A stretch of 60,949 nt of DNA from a virus (taxonomy: Duplodnaviria > Caudoviricetes): the IMG/VR virus record IMGVR_UViG_3300042814_000075, positions 1 to 60,949 of that record. One strand, written 5' to 3'. The translations under genes and the position numbers were made by a program. Numbering within the stretch: the stretch's first letter is position 1; every line of letters starts with the position of its first letter. Below are positions 10,256 to 19,919 of this stretch, piece by piece. The notes beneath the pieces are model-generated. The model did not search any database, was not told where the DNA came from, and saw only the letters and a list, made by a program, of their open reading frames with translations.

Positions 10256-11637
10256 ATGATCTTCTCGCTGCACTTGTCCGAGCATGGCCACCCACAGGAC
10301 TGCGCCCGCTGCCTCGAAGCTGCTAGGAACCGCGAGAAGTGCCGGGAGATGATCGTGCAGGCCGGCGTAGAGCTCGTTCAGATGCAGCTCCGGGCCGGCG
10401 CGCTGAATGACGGATGGCTTCCGGAACAGTGGCGATTGGAAGCCGAGATCATCGCCGACCAGCTCCTTTGGGAGGAGGAATGAGCGCCGCCCGGGACCTG
10501 GCGATAGCGCGCGCGGTGTTGGACTGGTGCAAGCTCGTCCAGGATGAGCATGGGCTAATCGGCAAGTTGACCGACGACAACCTGCGCGAGTGGATCGCCG
10601 CGGTAGATGCTTCGCTCGGGGTGCCCGGTGTAGCCGCGTCGGAGGTCGCAACTCCGGCGCCAGTAGCGGCCGAGCCCCCGAGCAAACTTCCGCCAGTCGA
10701 TGGCGCAGCCGAACATGACCACTACATCTACGGGACACCCAAAAAGCACGCGGCCGAGCCCCCGAGCGATCTTTACGGTGGCTTGTGCCAGCGATGCTAC
10801 GAAATCGCCACCGGAGCAGCGGCGCTTTGCGTAGAAGAGGCCATGAGAATGGGCCAGCGCGAGGCCAAGCGCGAGGCGGTGGGGCTGCTGCGGAACTTGC
10901 TGGACTACATCGTTACCGAACCCGACCATTCAGTGCCGCAGGACGTTCTCCATGCGCTTGAGTACATCGCCGCCTTCGAAGCGGATGCAGCGGAGGAGGG
11001 GAAGCCGTGACCCCCGAGGAGGGAATGATTATGTTGGCCGCGTTGGCCTTCGGATTCTTCTTCGGGCTACTGCTTGGCGCGTGGTGCGCTGTGTGCATGT
11101 GGTTTGAACGCCCCAAGTGGTGGCCATGACCATCGACAGCGCGCGAGAGGCGGCGGAGCGGTGGTTGGCGGAAGCCCTGATGAACGCTTACAACGAGACT
11201 GTAGGCGGGAAGCTGGACGAGTACATAGACGGCCAGCACTTCATCCGGTGCGCCCGCATCGCCGCCGACTTCGCGGAGAAGGGAATGCTGGCGGTCCGCG
11301 AAGATGCAGCCAAGACAGCGCGCAATTACGGCATGGCCGCATGGTCCGGATACGAGTCTAAGAGCCGCGAGATTGCAGAGATGATCTCTGCGCATCCGCT
11401 CCCCTGGGCCGAGGCGATGAAGGAGGGCGGGGAGTGACCTGCCAGCATTTCCGCGTTGAGACGCGGGCCAAGTGTGAGCGGCCGGCGTTTCAGGACGAGG
11501 CGCAGGAGATAGATAATATCTGTTTGATGTGCGATGCGCCAATTTGTCCCGAGTGCGACCAGGACGATCAATACAACGTGTGCTGCACGGAAGAAGATTT
11601 GCCCTGCAAGGACGCGGGCGAGGAGCCGGGCAAGTGA
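10256..11637 (+). other. Plus-strand island of five coupled small ORFs (10256-10483, 10480-11010, 11007-11129, 11126-11437, 11434-11637)
   Basis: ATGA/GTGA overlaps and SD-like motifs; opposite orientation to the surrounding packaging operon. Confidence 0.7.
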
Positions 11638-11641
11638 GCGA

Positions 11642-13189
11642 CTAGCGGCTGGTGGCCTGGAAGTGGATCGCTGACCCGAGCCCCTTCAACCGGCAATCGG
11701 CAAGCCACAAGGCAATCAATCGGTCCCCTGTGTGATCGACGAGCGAATACCGCCTGATATCCCCGATCAGCTCCTCGACCTCGCGCCGCCTTGGGAAGCG
11801 CCAACGCCTAGCGTCCAGGTCCTTCCCCATGCCACGAATCGCCCAGTGCTCCTCGCCCCGTTTGGCTGCGGCCCCCGTGTACTGGCCGAAGACCCGGATC
11901 GACCGCGCCTCCTCCGGGGTCGCCCCTACGGCCTGAAGCAACGCGGGATCGGCAGCGAGGCTCGCGATATGGGCCTGGGCAGCGTTCGTCTCGACGAGCC
12001 ATTCCCGGGGCCGCATCGACCGCTGTACCTGGACGATCTGCTCCAGGAGCGCCTTCCCCATCCATTGCCCCGAGCGCATGTGCAGCAAGTGCTTGGTCCC
12101 GGCCCGGTGGTCCCCGGCTACGGCGATCGCGGTCAGGTTCGAGCCCTTGGTTTCGGAGGCGCCTAGATCGAGCCCGGCCGTGACCCAGCGGAATTGATCC
12201 TGGGGATAGTCGCCAGACCACCACGCGTCCGGGTCCTGGCAGAGCCGCTGGCAGTCGCGGGCCGATTCGTAGGGCAGGAGCCCCGTCGAGTCGGAGAGCG
12301 CCATGTTCTGGAGCTGCCGGGCAAACTCGACGTCGCCCAGCTCCTCCCGCTTGGATGCCAGGCGTTCGTCCGACCAGCGCTCAGGCCAGCGGCAGTTGGC
12401 CTCCCCCGCGGCATAGCGGCGACTGGTCCAGACCCCCGGCTCATCGCGCTCGAGACGGTGGGGCATGTCGTCAATGTGCCAGGCGTTGTTCGTGATCCAG
12501 ACCGAGCCGTCTTCGGTGATGCGGCCAAGCAGGACCTCTTTCAACCAGTCGTAGATGTTCTCCCGGCCGGCGGCGGTGAGTCCATTACGGCGCGTCACCG
12601 TGTCATCGAGTATTGCGATATCGAACCGGGAACCCATGATCGCGCCGCCGACCCCCAGCGCCTCGATCGAGAAGTCCTTCTCCCGGAGTGAGAAGTAGCG
12701 ATCCCGTTGGACGAGGATCGAGTTCTCATGCCAGTGCTCGAAACGGTTCCGGCGGATCGCGGGCTGGAGCCGGGGATAGATCGCTCGTAGCCGGCCGTTC
12801 GATTCGATGTTGGCTTTGATTCGAGAGAGCCACTTGACCGATTGGGTCGAGGTCTCGGAGATCAAGGCGATCCGGAGATTCGGGTTCTGGCCGAGCTCCC
12901 AGATGGGGCGGAGGACCGAGAGCTGCTGGGTCTTCCCGTGCTCGATCGGGCCGAAGAGGATCAGGCGGCGGTGGTCGGAGCAGAGGCGCTGCCACTCGAC
13001 GTGGAAGTCGGTCGGGTGGAGGTCGAGGATCTGGTCGCCCAAGTAGGCGGCGTTAGAGCGGGCGATCTCCCGGCGCAGCGCCCATAAGTCGTTTGACTTG
13101 ATCGTAGAGCTCTTGCTGCCTCTCGATGGGGAGGGCGGCCCACTGCTCTCTCCAGGCAGTGCGCTCGGCGGAGTCGTCATCCTGGGCAT
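11642..13189 (-). CDS. terL: Terminase large subunit
   Basis: Walker A-like GPIEHGKT, GSRFDIAILDD (Walker B), nuclease GLDLG...VETN...DRLIALW. Confidence 0.92.
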   Translation of the reverse strand: MPRMTTPPSALPGESSGPPSPSRGSKSSTIKSNDLWALRREIARSNAAYLGDQILDLHPTDFHVEWQRLCSDHRRLILFGPIEHGKTQQLSVLRPIWELGQNPNLRIALISETSTQSVKWLSRIKANIESNGRLRAIYPRLQPAIRRNRFEHWHENSILVQRDRYFSLREKDFSIEALGVGGAIMGSRFDIAILDDTVTRRNGLTAAGRENIYDWLKEVLLGRITEDGSVWITNNAWHIDDMPHRLERDEPGVWTSRRYAAGEANCRWPERWSDERLASKREELGDVEFARQLQNMALSDSTGLLPYESARDCQRLCQDPDAWWSGDYPQDQFRWVTAGLDLGASETKGSNLTAIAVAGDHRAGTKHLLHMRSGQWMGKALLEQIVQVQRSMRPREWLVETNAAQAHIASLAADPALLQAVGATPEEARSIRVFGQYTGAAAKRGEEHWAIRGMGKDLDARRWRFPRRREVEELIGDIRRYSLVDHTGDRLIALWLADCRLKGLGSAIHFQATSR

Positions 13190-13634
13190 CGGGCTCTCCG
13201 TAGCCTGGGGGTAGGATCGGGGCCGGGCCCAAGTCGAGTCCGTTCAACTGGCGCCGGTCGCGGGAGATCCGGAGAAGCCGATCCATGGCAGCCCACCAGC
13301 CGGGCCCCGTCGAGGCCTTCCGGAGCTTATCCCAGACAAGCAGCTGGTAGCCGTCGAGGCGCTGGTTCTCGAGGGCGCGGTACTCGTCTACGGCGGGGAT
13401 AGGTACCGACTTGATGTAGGTCCAGATCGCGCGATGGCAGGCTTGCTTGGAGCTGTAGCCCACCTGGCGGGCGATCTCCATGTAGGTGAAGCCCGCAAGC
13501 TTCATCTGCACCATGCGTTCGACGAGCCTGGCCTTCTCGAGGGAGCGGTCGGCCCGGCGGCGGGGCCCCCCGATCCGCTTCTGGGGCACGGGCGTTTGGC
13601 CTAGGGGTAGGTCATCAGTGCCGTTAATGGTCAT
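13053..13634 (-). CDS. terS: Terminase small subunit (HTH)
   Basis: KLAGFTYMEIARQVGYSS HTH, RLD...RRQLNGLD motif; immediately upstream of terL (137-nt overlap). Confidence 0.8.
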   Translation of the reverse strand: MTINGTDDLPLGQTPVPQKRIGGPRRRADRSLEKARLVERMVQMKLAGFTYMEIARQVGYSSKQACHRAIWTYIKSVPIPAVDEYRALENQRLDGYQLLVWDKLRKASTGPGWWAAMDRLLRISRDRRQLNGLDLGPAPILPPGYGEPDAQDDDSAERTAWREQWAALPIERQQELYDQVKRLMGAAPGDRPL

Positions 13635-13667
13635 CGGCTTAGGGTTAGCACGGATCGGCGGGCAGAA

Positions 13668-14045
13668 TCAATTCCGCTCCGGTCGCCAGTCGGAGCGGAG
13701 GTCGCTCGCGAGGCGTTGGGGCGAGAGGCGGGCTAGGGTCATGGGACCGTGCGGGGGCTGGCCGTAGGCATTGACCTTGAAGGCGGCCGAGAAGACTTGG
13801 GCGTTGCACTTGTACATCGACGCGGCTAGCTCGGGCTGGTTCGCTGCCAGATCGGCATGGATGGCCCACACGTTGGCGGCCAGCTCGCAGTGGGAAGGCT
13901 CGGGGTGCTCGCGCGGCCGGGGATCGGGCACGGTGGTCCAGCGCTGGGGGCGGGTGCGCTGGTCCTCGAGCCATTGCAGGGCGCGCCAAACGACGGCGCT
14001 TGCGATCGCCACGATGCCGCCGAGCAGGAAGGCAAGGATGATCAC
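13668..14045 (-). CDS. Membrane-anchored hypothetical protein
   Basis: N-terminal hydrophobic helix; GTGA coupling. Confidence 0.5.
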   Translation of the reverse strand: MIILAFLLGGIVAIASAVVWRALQWLEDQRTRPQRWTTVPDPRPREHPEPSHCELAANVWAIHADLAANQPELAASMYKCNAQVFSAAFKVNAYGQPPHGPMTLARLSPQRLASDLRSDWRPERN

Positions 14046-14507
14046 AGCGCCGCCTCAATCTGCTGCTTGGCGCGTTCGCGGGCAGGTCTGCATCTGTCGC
14101 AATGGCCCCAACGTGTGTGCTCGCGCACTGATTGGGTGGTAAGCCGCTCGATCCGCATCCCTTGCCGGATGAAGTCGGCCACGTGCTTCGCCACGTCACG
14201 GGGGCGCGAAGGCTCATCCACCACGGCAGCATGGATGCATCCGCAAGAGGAGAACCCGCAGTAGGTGTAGCCGTCACTCTTGTCGCTCATCGGCTCCTCC
14301 CAAGTTCTGGCGGCTCGAGGCGGATCATCGCGATGGAGCACGCCGATAGGCCCCGCAGGTGAGGGGCCGTCACCGTGGCAGGGATCTCACCCCCGCAGAT
14401 CGCTTCCCGCCTTTTCCACCGTACCGGACATGAGTTGCCGGCCGGCCCCGAGCGTGCCGCCCATGGATAACCTACACCCGCCCGAGAGCTTGCCTCAAGC
14501 ATCGGGC

Positions 14508-14858
14508 TCATTTTCGCTGCCATTCGATTCCGCCGTCCAAGAGCCCTAGAGGCGTGATCCCAAGCACGGCAGAAAATTGCAGGAGCCTCGCAATCGTGAT
14601 CGACTGCTTGCCCTGCTCGATGTTTACGATGGATGTCCGCGCAATGCCGATTGCCAGAGCAAGATCCCCCTGCGTTATGCCACGCAACTCGCGTTCCTTT
14701 TTGATGTTGGCACCAATGGCAGCCCGCAACTTGTCATCGTTGATTCGGATCCGGGGAGGTTGTCTCGCAGCGCGATAGCGCGCGCGGGCCACCATCAATT
14801 TAGCCTGGGCGCGCTTCACTTCCACGAGAGCAGCTTCGCGAGATAGGCGCTTGCTCAC
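14508..14858 (-). CDS. XRE/Cro-family HTH transcriptional regulator
   Basis: IGANIKKERELRGITQGDLALAIGIARTSIVNIEQGKQ; start GTG 14858 coupled to the upstream stop. Confidence 0.88.
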   Translation of the reverse strand: MSKRLSREAALVEVKRAQAKLMVARARYRAARQPPRIRINDDKLRAAIGANIKKERELRGITQGDLALAIGIARTSIVNIEQGKQSITIARLLQFSAVLGITPLGLLDGGIEWQRK

Positions 14859-15082
14859 AGCTCCTCGCACTGGTACGCGGCCCAGTTGTTGGTTGTCTTC
14901 AACTCGAACTCCACGCGCTCGGCGATGCACCCACCACACAGCAGGTTGAAGTTGCCGCGGATCTTTTCCCAAAGCTCATCGGGCAGCATCCAGTCGCAAC
15001 GGTACTTCTGGCCGCAGTCCTGGCAGGTGCAGCTTGGGTCCGGGAGAAGGATGGTCCTGCCTCTAACTGGACGCAGTTTCAC
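14855..15082 (-). CDS. Small Zn-binding protein (paralog of 5644..5844)
   Basis: CQDCGQKYRCDWMLPDELWEKIRGNFNLLCGGCIA. Confidence 0.6.
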   Translation of the reverse strand: MKLRPVRGRTILLPDPSCTCQDCGQKYRCDWMLPDELWEKIRGNFNLLCGGCIAERVEFELKTTNNWAAYQCEEL

Positions 15083-17853
15083 TGCACACGGCCTCCCATG
15101 GGATCTCCCCTTCGCGCAGCAGTTTCCACTTGACCGTCATCGCCATCGGCACCACGGCTTGATCGATGGCGAGTTGTGCCAGCTCCGTGAAGTAAGCTGC
15201 ATCGGCGCACTCGTCGAGCGAGTCGTATTGCGGGGGAAGTTCTGGGTCGCTCATAGCGTTAGCGAGCACCAAAGCCAGCCGATTGACTGCCTTGTCGTAT
15301 GGGGTCGCGCTCATGGCTTCTCCTGTAACAGCCAGTCGGCGATTGCTTCGGGCGTCAATTGCTTCGTCGCTTCAGGTGGTCCCCAAAGCGCCTCACTCAT
15401 TGCTTCCCGGCATTGCTCGTTTGCTATTTCGACCGCCCGCACGATCAACTTCCGACACCGCGCGACCCAGTAGGCATTGGCGATGTCAACGCACCGTTCC
15501 ACGTCATCATCCGATACGTCCACCGGATAATCAAATGCTTCCCATATTTGCTCCGCCAGGCTCTTCGCGCTATCGCCGGTTGCTGTCATCGCGCCCCCTG
15601 ACCGAGCCGCAGGACGGCGTACCCGACCGCGAGCGACACGACCACGAGTAGCAGGAGCGTGGCCTGGTATGGGCGGTTTCTCATGGCTCGCGCGTTCCGG
15701 ATATATGGCGACCAAGCCACGCTATCCCCCAATAGAGCACGATCCATGCAAACATCGCGATGATCCGCTTTGGCCAGAGCGGCATACCCTGGCCGCCGAG
15801 TATCATGCTGAATAGTACCGTACCAGAAGTGCAACCAACCCACAGCACTGAGTCGAGATTGTGCCTCATCGCTGACTTCTCTCGATGAGCCAGATGATCA
15901 GGATCCCGAGTCCGCCGCCGAGCAACAAGCCGAGCCCCACCACGATTGCAGTCTTTGCTGCTTCGCTCATCCCCACTCCTCATCGCCCCCGATATCATCC
16001 GGCATATTGTCGGATGGCGAGAAGTCCACGCCGTAGGGCCCAGCATCCTTTGGGTTGTAGTGCTTGCTACAGAACGCAGGACTCCCGGGCAAGAGCGGGT
16101 ACAGGGCCACGGCCTCGTTGCCACAAATGACGCACTTCCCAAGGCTCATCGCCGCACCATGAAGCCCGCGTGCACCCAGGTCTCGGGCGCATGCTTGTAC
16201 TTCGCCTTGATGCACGGCTCGCAAGCATACACCACGCGATCGAGCGGGTCCGTGATATCGAGCACCGCGCGCTCCACGTCGGGCTGGCCGCAGTGCTCGC
16301 AGGGCGGGTAGGTGAAGCGGCCCTCGGTCGCCAGCCGATCGCACCGGACGCAGGCCGTCCCGTCGATCGCTTCGCCCCGGTCAAGCTCGTCCTGGTCCTC
16401 CTGCGAGAGAAGCTGATCGGTGACACAGGACGGGCAGTAGCAGTCCTGGGGCTCGGCCGGGTCGCCGTACCAGTAGCATGGGGTATCGATCATGGGTTGA
16501 CCTTTCGCGGGACGAGATCGCTAACGCTACCAATCTCTCGACCGTACCGCTTAATGATACCGCCTTCGATCACATGCGCGAATGAATCCTCAGCAAAACA
16601 CCACCACCGGAAGTTACCCTCATCGTCGCAATGCTCAAGCGGCGCGAGCGGGCCGGTGCCATCTGCGTTTTCCAGGAACCAGAGATCTATCCCCTGAAAA
16701 CTTACCGGGCGGCCGGGCTTGTTACTCATTGCGGCATCCTCACGGGGCAGCGGTGATGGCTCAAGAGCTGGGCGCCCGGCTCGAAGTCCGCGTCGGAACT
16801 CGGGCGCCGAGCCGTGTACAGGTCGCGCGCAAGGATGGGTCGCCCGCACTTCTCGCACGGGCCGATCGTCCGTGGAGCCGGGCGGTCGAGCATCCTGACG
16901 GCACGCGGGATCATAATGGCCGCGAGTGCAAGGGCCGCGAACGCCACGGTCGGCAGAAGATCATCGATCATGGCTTGATCCTCACCGTCGATGCGTGCTG
17001 GCCGCAGAGGAACCAATGGCGCGGCTCCTCCATGTCGATCGTCTGGTATTCCAGCGAGCGGGTAGCGGAGCGATCGCAGCCGTCGAATTGGCAGATGCCC
17101 CGAGCACGCTCGCTCCATCGCCTGAGCTTGTAGATCATCTCGCTCATCGGTCCTCCGTGTTAGTCGCTGGTGACAATGTGAGTGATGATGAGGGCGCCGA
17201 TTGCAAGCCAGGCGTAAGGGTAGAGGAAAATCACGACCCCACCGCCTCTCCGCGCACGCCGAAGATGCGAACGGCGGTCTCGGAGACTTCCTCGGCGAGC
17301 TCGCCGCGGCGCTTCTCCAGCGTTTCAATCTCCGTGTTGAAGGCTGCGATGTGGCGGGCGATCATCTGCTCTTGCTTGAGCGCGTTGGCACGCTTGTAGT
17401 AGACCGCCTGCAATTGCTGATGGCAGGTCAAGAGCTCGGTGGTCGTGGCATCTGGCTGGTAGCTCATCGGATTCTCCATCGGTCAGTTGAGGGTGAATCG
17501 GGGGGACCGGCCGTCGTGTTTGCGGGCCCAACGCCGAGTGGATGCCCCCCGAAACTTACTTCGCGATCAGGTGAGTGAGAACGTACAGGCCGAGGACTCG
17601 GCCGGCGATCATCGAGGCCGCGATGCCCGCGATCCAAAGTAGTGCCGTTTTCATGGTACTAGATCCACACGTCGAGCGGGCCAGTATGGAGCTCCGGCCG
17701 CCGGTCATCGGTGAAAGTGATCGCGCCCTGGGCACCCTGGACGCGGGCGAAGGATTCGAGCGACTGGCGATTCTGGCCGCCAATCTCTCGGCCCGAAGGC
17801 TCGAAGCGTAGGACGTAGGACCGCTCCCCCGTGCGCTTGATCGTGGCATTCAT
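15063..17853 (-). other. Run of small coupled hypothetical ORFs, many Cys-rich or membrane-spanning
   Basis: e.g. 15063-15314, 15311-15589, 15967-16149, 16146-16493, 16490-16729, 17231-17467, 17659-17853, several with 4-nt overlaps. Confidence 0.55.
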
Positions 17854-17961
17854 GGCTCCTGCTTTCCCTTCCTCCCCCGCCTACCTAGTGCGGGGGCTCT
17901 TGCCGGGGCTTGATCGTCCCGGCCGCTCGCGGCGCCCATCGCCGCGCATGCCAGTAGCTAT

Positions 17962-17977
17962 TGCAGGGGCCATGCCA
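17962..17977 (-). promoter_or_regulatory. Sigma54 (RpoN)-type -24/-12 promoter
   Basis: Minus strand TGGCATGGCCCCTGCA(AT): GG-N10-GC, intergenic, upstream of 17853. Confidence 0.65.
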
Positions 17978-18095
17978 ATCCGTGGCGGGCCGTAAGTCGA
18001 TGGAATGCACAGGTGCCAGGCCTGGTGCCGTAACCGAGAGATGCATCCTGCGATTGCGAGACGCGCGCTCTGCACGATCCGGCCCCTGCGTCAAA

Positions 18096-19463
18096 TTACC
18101 CAGCGATCGGGGCGAATGCCTCATCGAGCCGGATCCAATCGAGCACGCGCTCCGAGAACCCGTTGATACGGTTCCAGCCATGGAGCGTGTCAAGGCCAGG
18201 CTTGTACGGGGCAACGTTGATCAAGTAGCCGCGCCCACCCTCAACCGCGATAATGCCGTCCTGCGACTGCTCGTCCGTGACGACAATCACCCGATAAGGG
18301 CCAGGCGGAAGCGCCCGGAGGGCCGCCGCGAGATAGGTGCCATGATGCGCCTGGCTCGCGACGATCGCGTCTCGGAGCGGGATCCCGCGATGGGCCGGCA
18401 CTTCGACGAGCTGATCCGAGAACGTGAAGATCCGCGCCCGCTCGCAGACTTCGCGGACAAGGATCCCGAGCCCGGCCGCGGCATCGATCCGTGTCGTCTC
18501 ACCCTTCGCCGATAACGGATGATCCATCGAGCCTGAGACATCGATCACGACGTAGGTCATGCCCGGGAGCTTGGCTTCGCCATCGAGCGCCAAGAGCATG
18601 GCGTCCGAGAGATCGCCGGCTAGGGCGGGCGCATGCCGCGAGGCCGTCAGGAATCGGAAGGGCAGGGCCTTGGACCCCGGCGCCTGCCGGCGGAGTACCG
18701 TCCCTACGAGTCCAAGATCAACGCCCGCCTGCACCATGTTCCGGAGGTTCATGAGCAAGGCCATGACGCCGAGCTTCTGCTCGCGAATCAAGCGCTCCCA
18801 TGCGGCCCTCTTCTCGGCCGTCTCTTTGACCCCCGATAGCGCCACTTCCCAGGTATCCGCCGGTTCGAGCGTCTTCTCAATGAGCTGCTTCCATAGCGCA
18901 TCCTGTTCCGGATTCTTGGCCTTGGCGTGCGAGAGAAAGAGCGCATCCCGAATCTTGATCTTTCGGCCCACCTCGCGATCAGTCGCCCACTTCGAGAGCT
19001 GATACGGGGTGAACTTGTTCATGGCGCGCGCGAGCCCGAGCTTGACTTGCTTCGATAGCGGCCGCTTGCCGTCGCGCCAGTAGATGGCGAGGAATTCAGA
19101 CATCTCATCGGGGCGCTGGATCACGTGCGCGAGCGTGTCCGCGATGATCCCGATACCCGTGATCGGTCCAGAATTCTCGGCGCGCTTGGCCGCCATCTCA
19201 GCGACCAGGAAGAGCGGCACGTGGCGGAGCTTCCACTCGTCGCGTGCACGGATCGCCACGGCCGATGCTTCGGCAAACGTGACCTTCCGAACGAGCGCCG
19301 AGATACGGGCGGCGATATCCGATCCCTTCTCGTAAAAGGTGTTCTCCCAGAGGAGGCAAGTCGCCACGGCGCGCTCGAGCTCGATGGCCGGGGTCTGCCG
19401 CTCGGCGCGCCCGCCCTCATGGGTGACGAGCGGGGTCGGTGCTGGTGCCACGTTGAGTTTCAT
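18096..19463 (-). CDS. rsr: Ro60 / Rsr TROVE-domain RNA-binding protein with C-terminal vWA domain
   Basis: THEGG, LLWENTFYE, LRHVPLFL, QRPDEMSE, YQLSKW, TWEVALS, MALLMNLRNM, PFRF, MIDAS DVSGSM...T...TDEQ; GGAGG RBS. Confidence 0.93.
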   Translation of the reverse strand: MKLNVAPAPTPLVTHEGGRAERQTPAIELERAVATCLLWENTFYEKGSDIAARISALVRKVTFAEASAVAIRARDEWKLRHVPLFLVAEMAAKRAENSGPITGIGIIADTLAHVIQRPDEMSEFLAIYWRDGKRPLSKQVKLGLARAMNKFTPYQLSKWATDREVGRKIKIRDALFLSHAKAKNPEQDALWKQLIEKTLEPADTWEVALSGVKETAEKRAAWERLIREQKLGVMALLMNLRNMVQAGVDLGLVGTVLRRQAPGSKALPFRFLTASRHAPALAGDLSDAMLLALDGEAKLPGMTYVVIDVSGSMDHPLSAKGETTRIDAAAGLGILVREVCERARIFTFSDQLVEVPAHRGIPLRDAIVASQAHHGTYLAAALRALPPGPYRVIVVTDEQSQDGIIAVEGGRGYLINVAPYKPGLDTLHGWNRINGFSERVLDWIRLDEAFAPIAG

Positions 19464-19477
19464 GGGGCCTCCAAGAC

Positions 19478-19618
19478 TTGCTCGGGGAATGAGGCGATGA
19501 CGGACTAGTCAGGTGCTCTATCTAATTGAGCTACCGGCTCCATTCTGAGGAGCCAGCCAGGATTCGCACCTGGAACCTCCTGAATGAAGAAGTAACCGTC
19601 ACCTACGCCACCGAGCAA
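19478..19618 (-). ncRNA. yrlA: Y RNA unit A (YrlA-like; Ro-binding stem plus permuted tRNA-like domain)
   Basis: UUGCUCGG/CCGAGCAA terminal stem; T arm CCAGG-UGCGAAU-CCUGG, closed acceptor CUGGCUCC/GGAGCCGG, D arm GCUC-AAUUAGAUA-GAGC, UCAGG/CCUGA stem. Confidence 0.85.
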
Positions 19619-19623
19619 AAGGA

Positions 19624-19758
19624 TCGCGGGGAACAGACCGAACCGGGCGCCGAGTAGGCGTTCTTGCCCTACCAGTTGGGCGACGGTGACCGCTTTCGCG
19701 ATCCCCGACGGGATTCGAACCCGCACAACAGAAGTATCCGATTCGTGCGCCACCGCGA
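19624..19758 (-). ncRNA. yrlA: Y RNA unit B (YrlA-like; permuted tRNA-like domain)
   Basis: UCGCGG/CCGCGA stem; T arm GCGGG-UUCGAAU-CCCGU, acceptor capped by GAAA, D arm GCCC-AACUGGUA-GGGC. Confidence 0.85.
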
Positions 19759-19764
19759 AAAGAC

Positions 19765-19828
19765 TCGCGCGGGAACGAACGAGTGCGGTCCTTTAAGCAG
19801 AAGTATCCGCACCCTGCGCCACGCGCGA
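19765..19828 (-). ncRNA. Y RNA unit C (minimal, 64 nt, no tRNA-like domain)
   Basis: Same GUGGCGCA...GG-AUACUUCU...CC...GUUCC scaffold with compensatory stems. Confidence 0.75.
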
Positions 19829-19833
19829 AAAGA

Positions 19834-19901
19834 GCGCCGGGGAACAATCGATGACGGTTGTACGTCCCCAAGAAGTAGCCGTCACCATCCACCACCGGCA
19901 C
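19834..19901 (-). ncRNA. Y RNA unit D (minimal, 68 nt)
   Basis: GUGCCGG/CCGGCGC stem, GGUGACGG/CCGUCAUC stem, CUACUUCU and GUUCC motifs. Confidence 0.72.
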
Positions 19902-19919
19902 AAACCCAGAGACATCCTA

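Noticed and set aside
13053-13189. terS-terL frameshift fusion
   Set aside because: ATG 13189 has a GGAG SD and no clear slippery site; a simple overlap is sufficient.
14340-14430. Cobalamin-riboswitch-like or tRNA-like fragment (GGGAAG...GGTGAGATCCC...GCCACGGTGA; T-loop-like hairpin 14378-14396, minus strand)
   Set aside because: Only scattered motifs; I could not build the full riboswitch or cloverleaf, and downstream genes are unrelated. An Rfam scan would settle it.
19500-19730. Canonical tRNA genes (GGTTCGAATCCC and TAGCTCAA motifs)
   Set aside because: T arm precedes D arm, the acceptor stem is loop-closed, and there is no anticodon loop or CCA; interpreted as YrlA-like domains.
19478-19901. 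CRISPR array
   Set aside because: Units are structure-conserved, not sequence-identical repeats; lengths are 64-141 nt; no cas genes.
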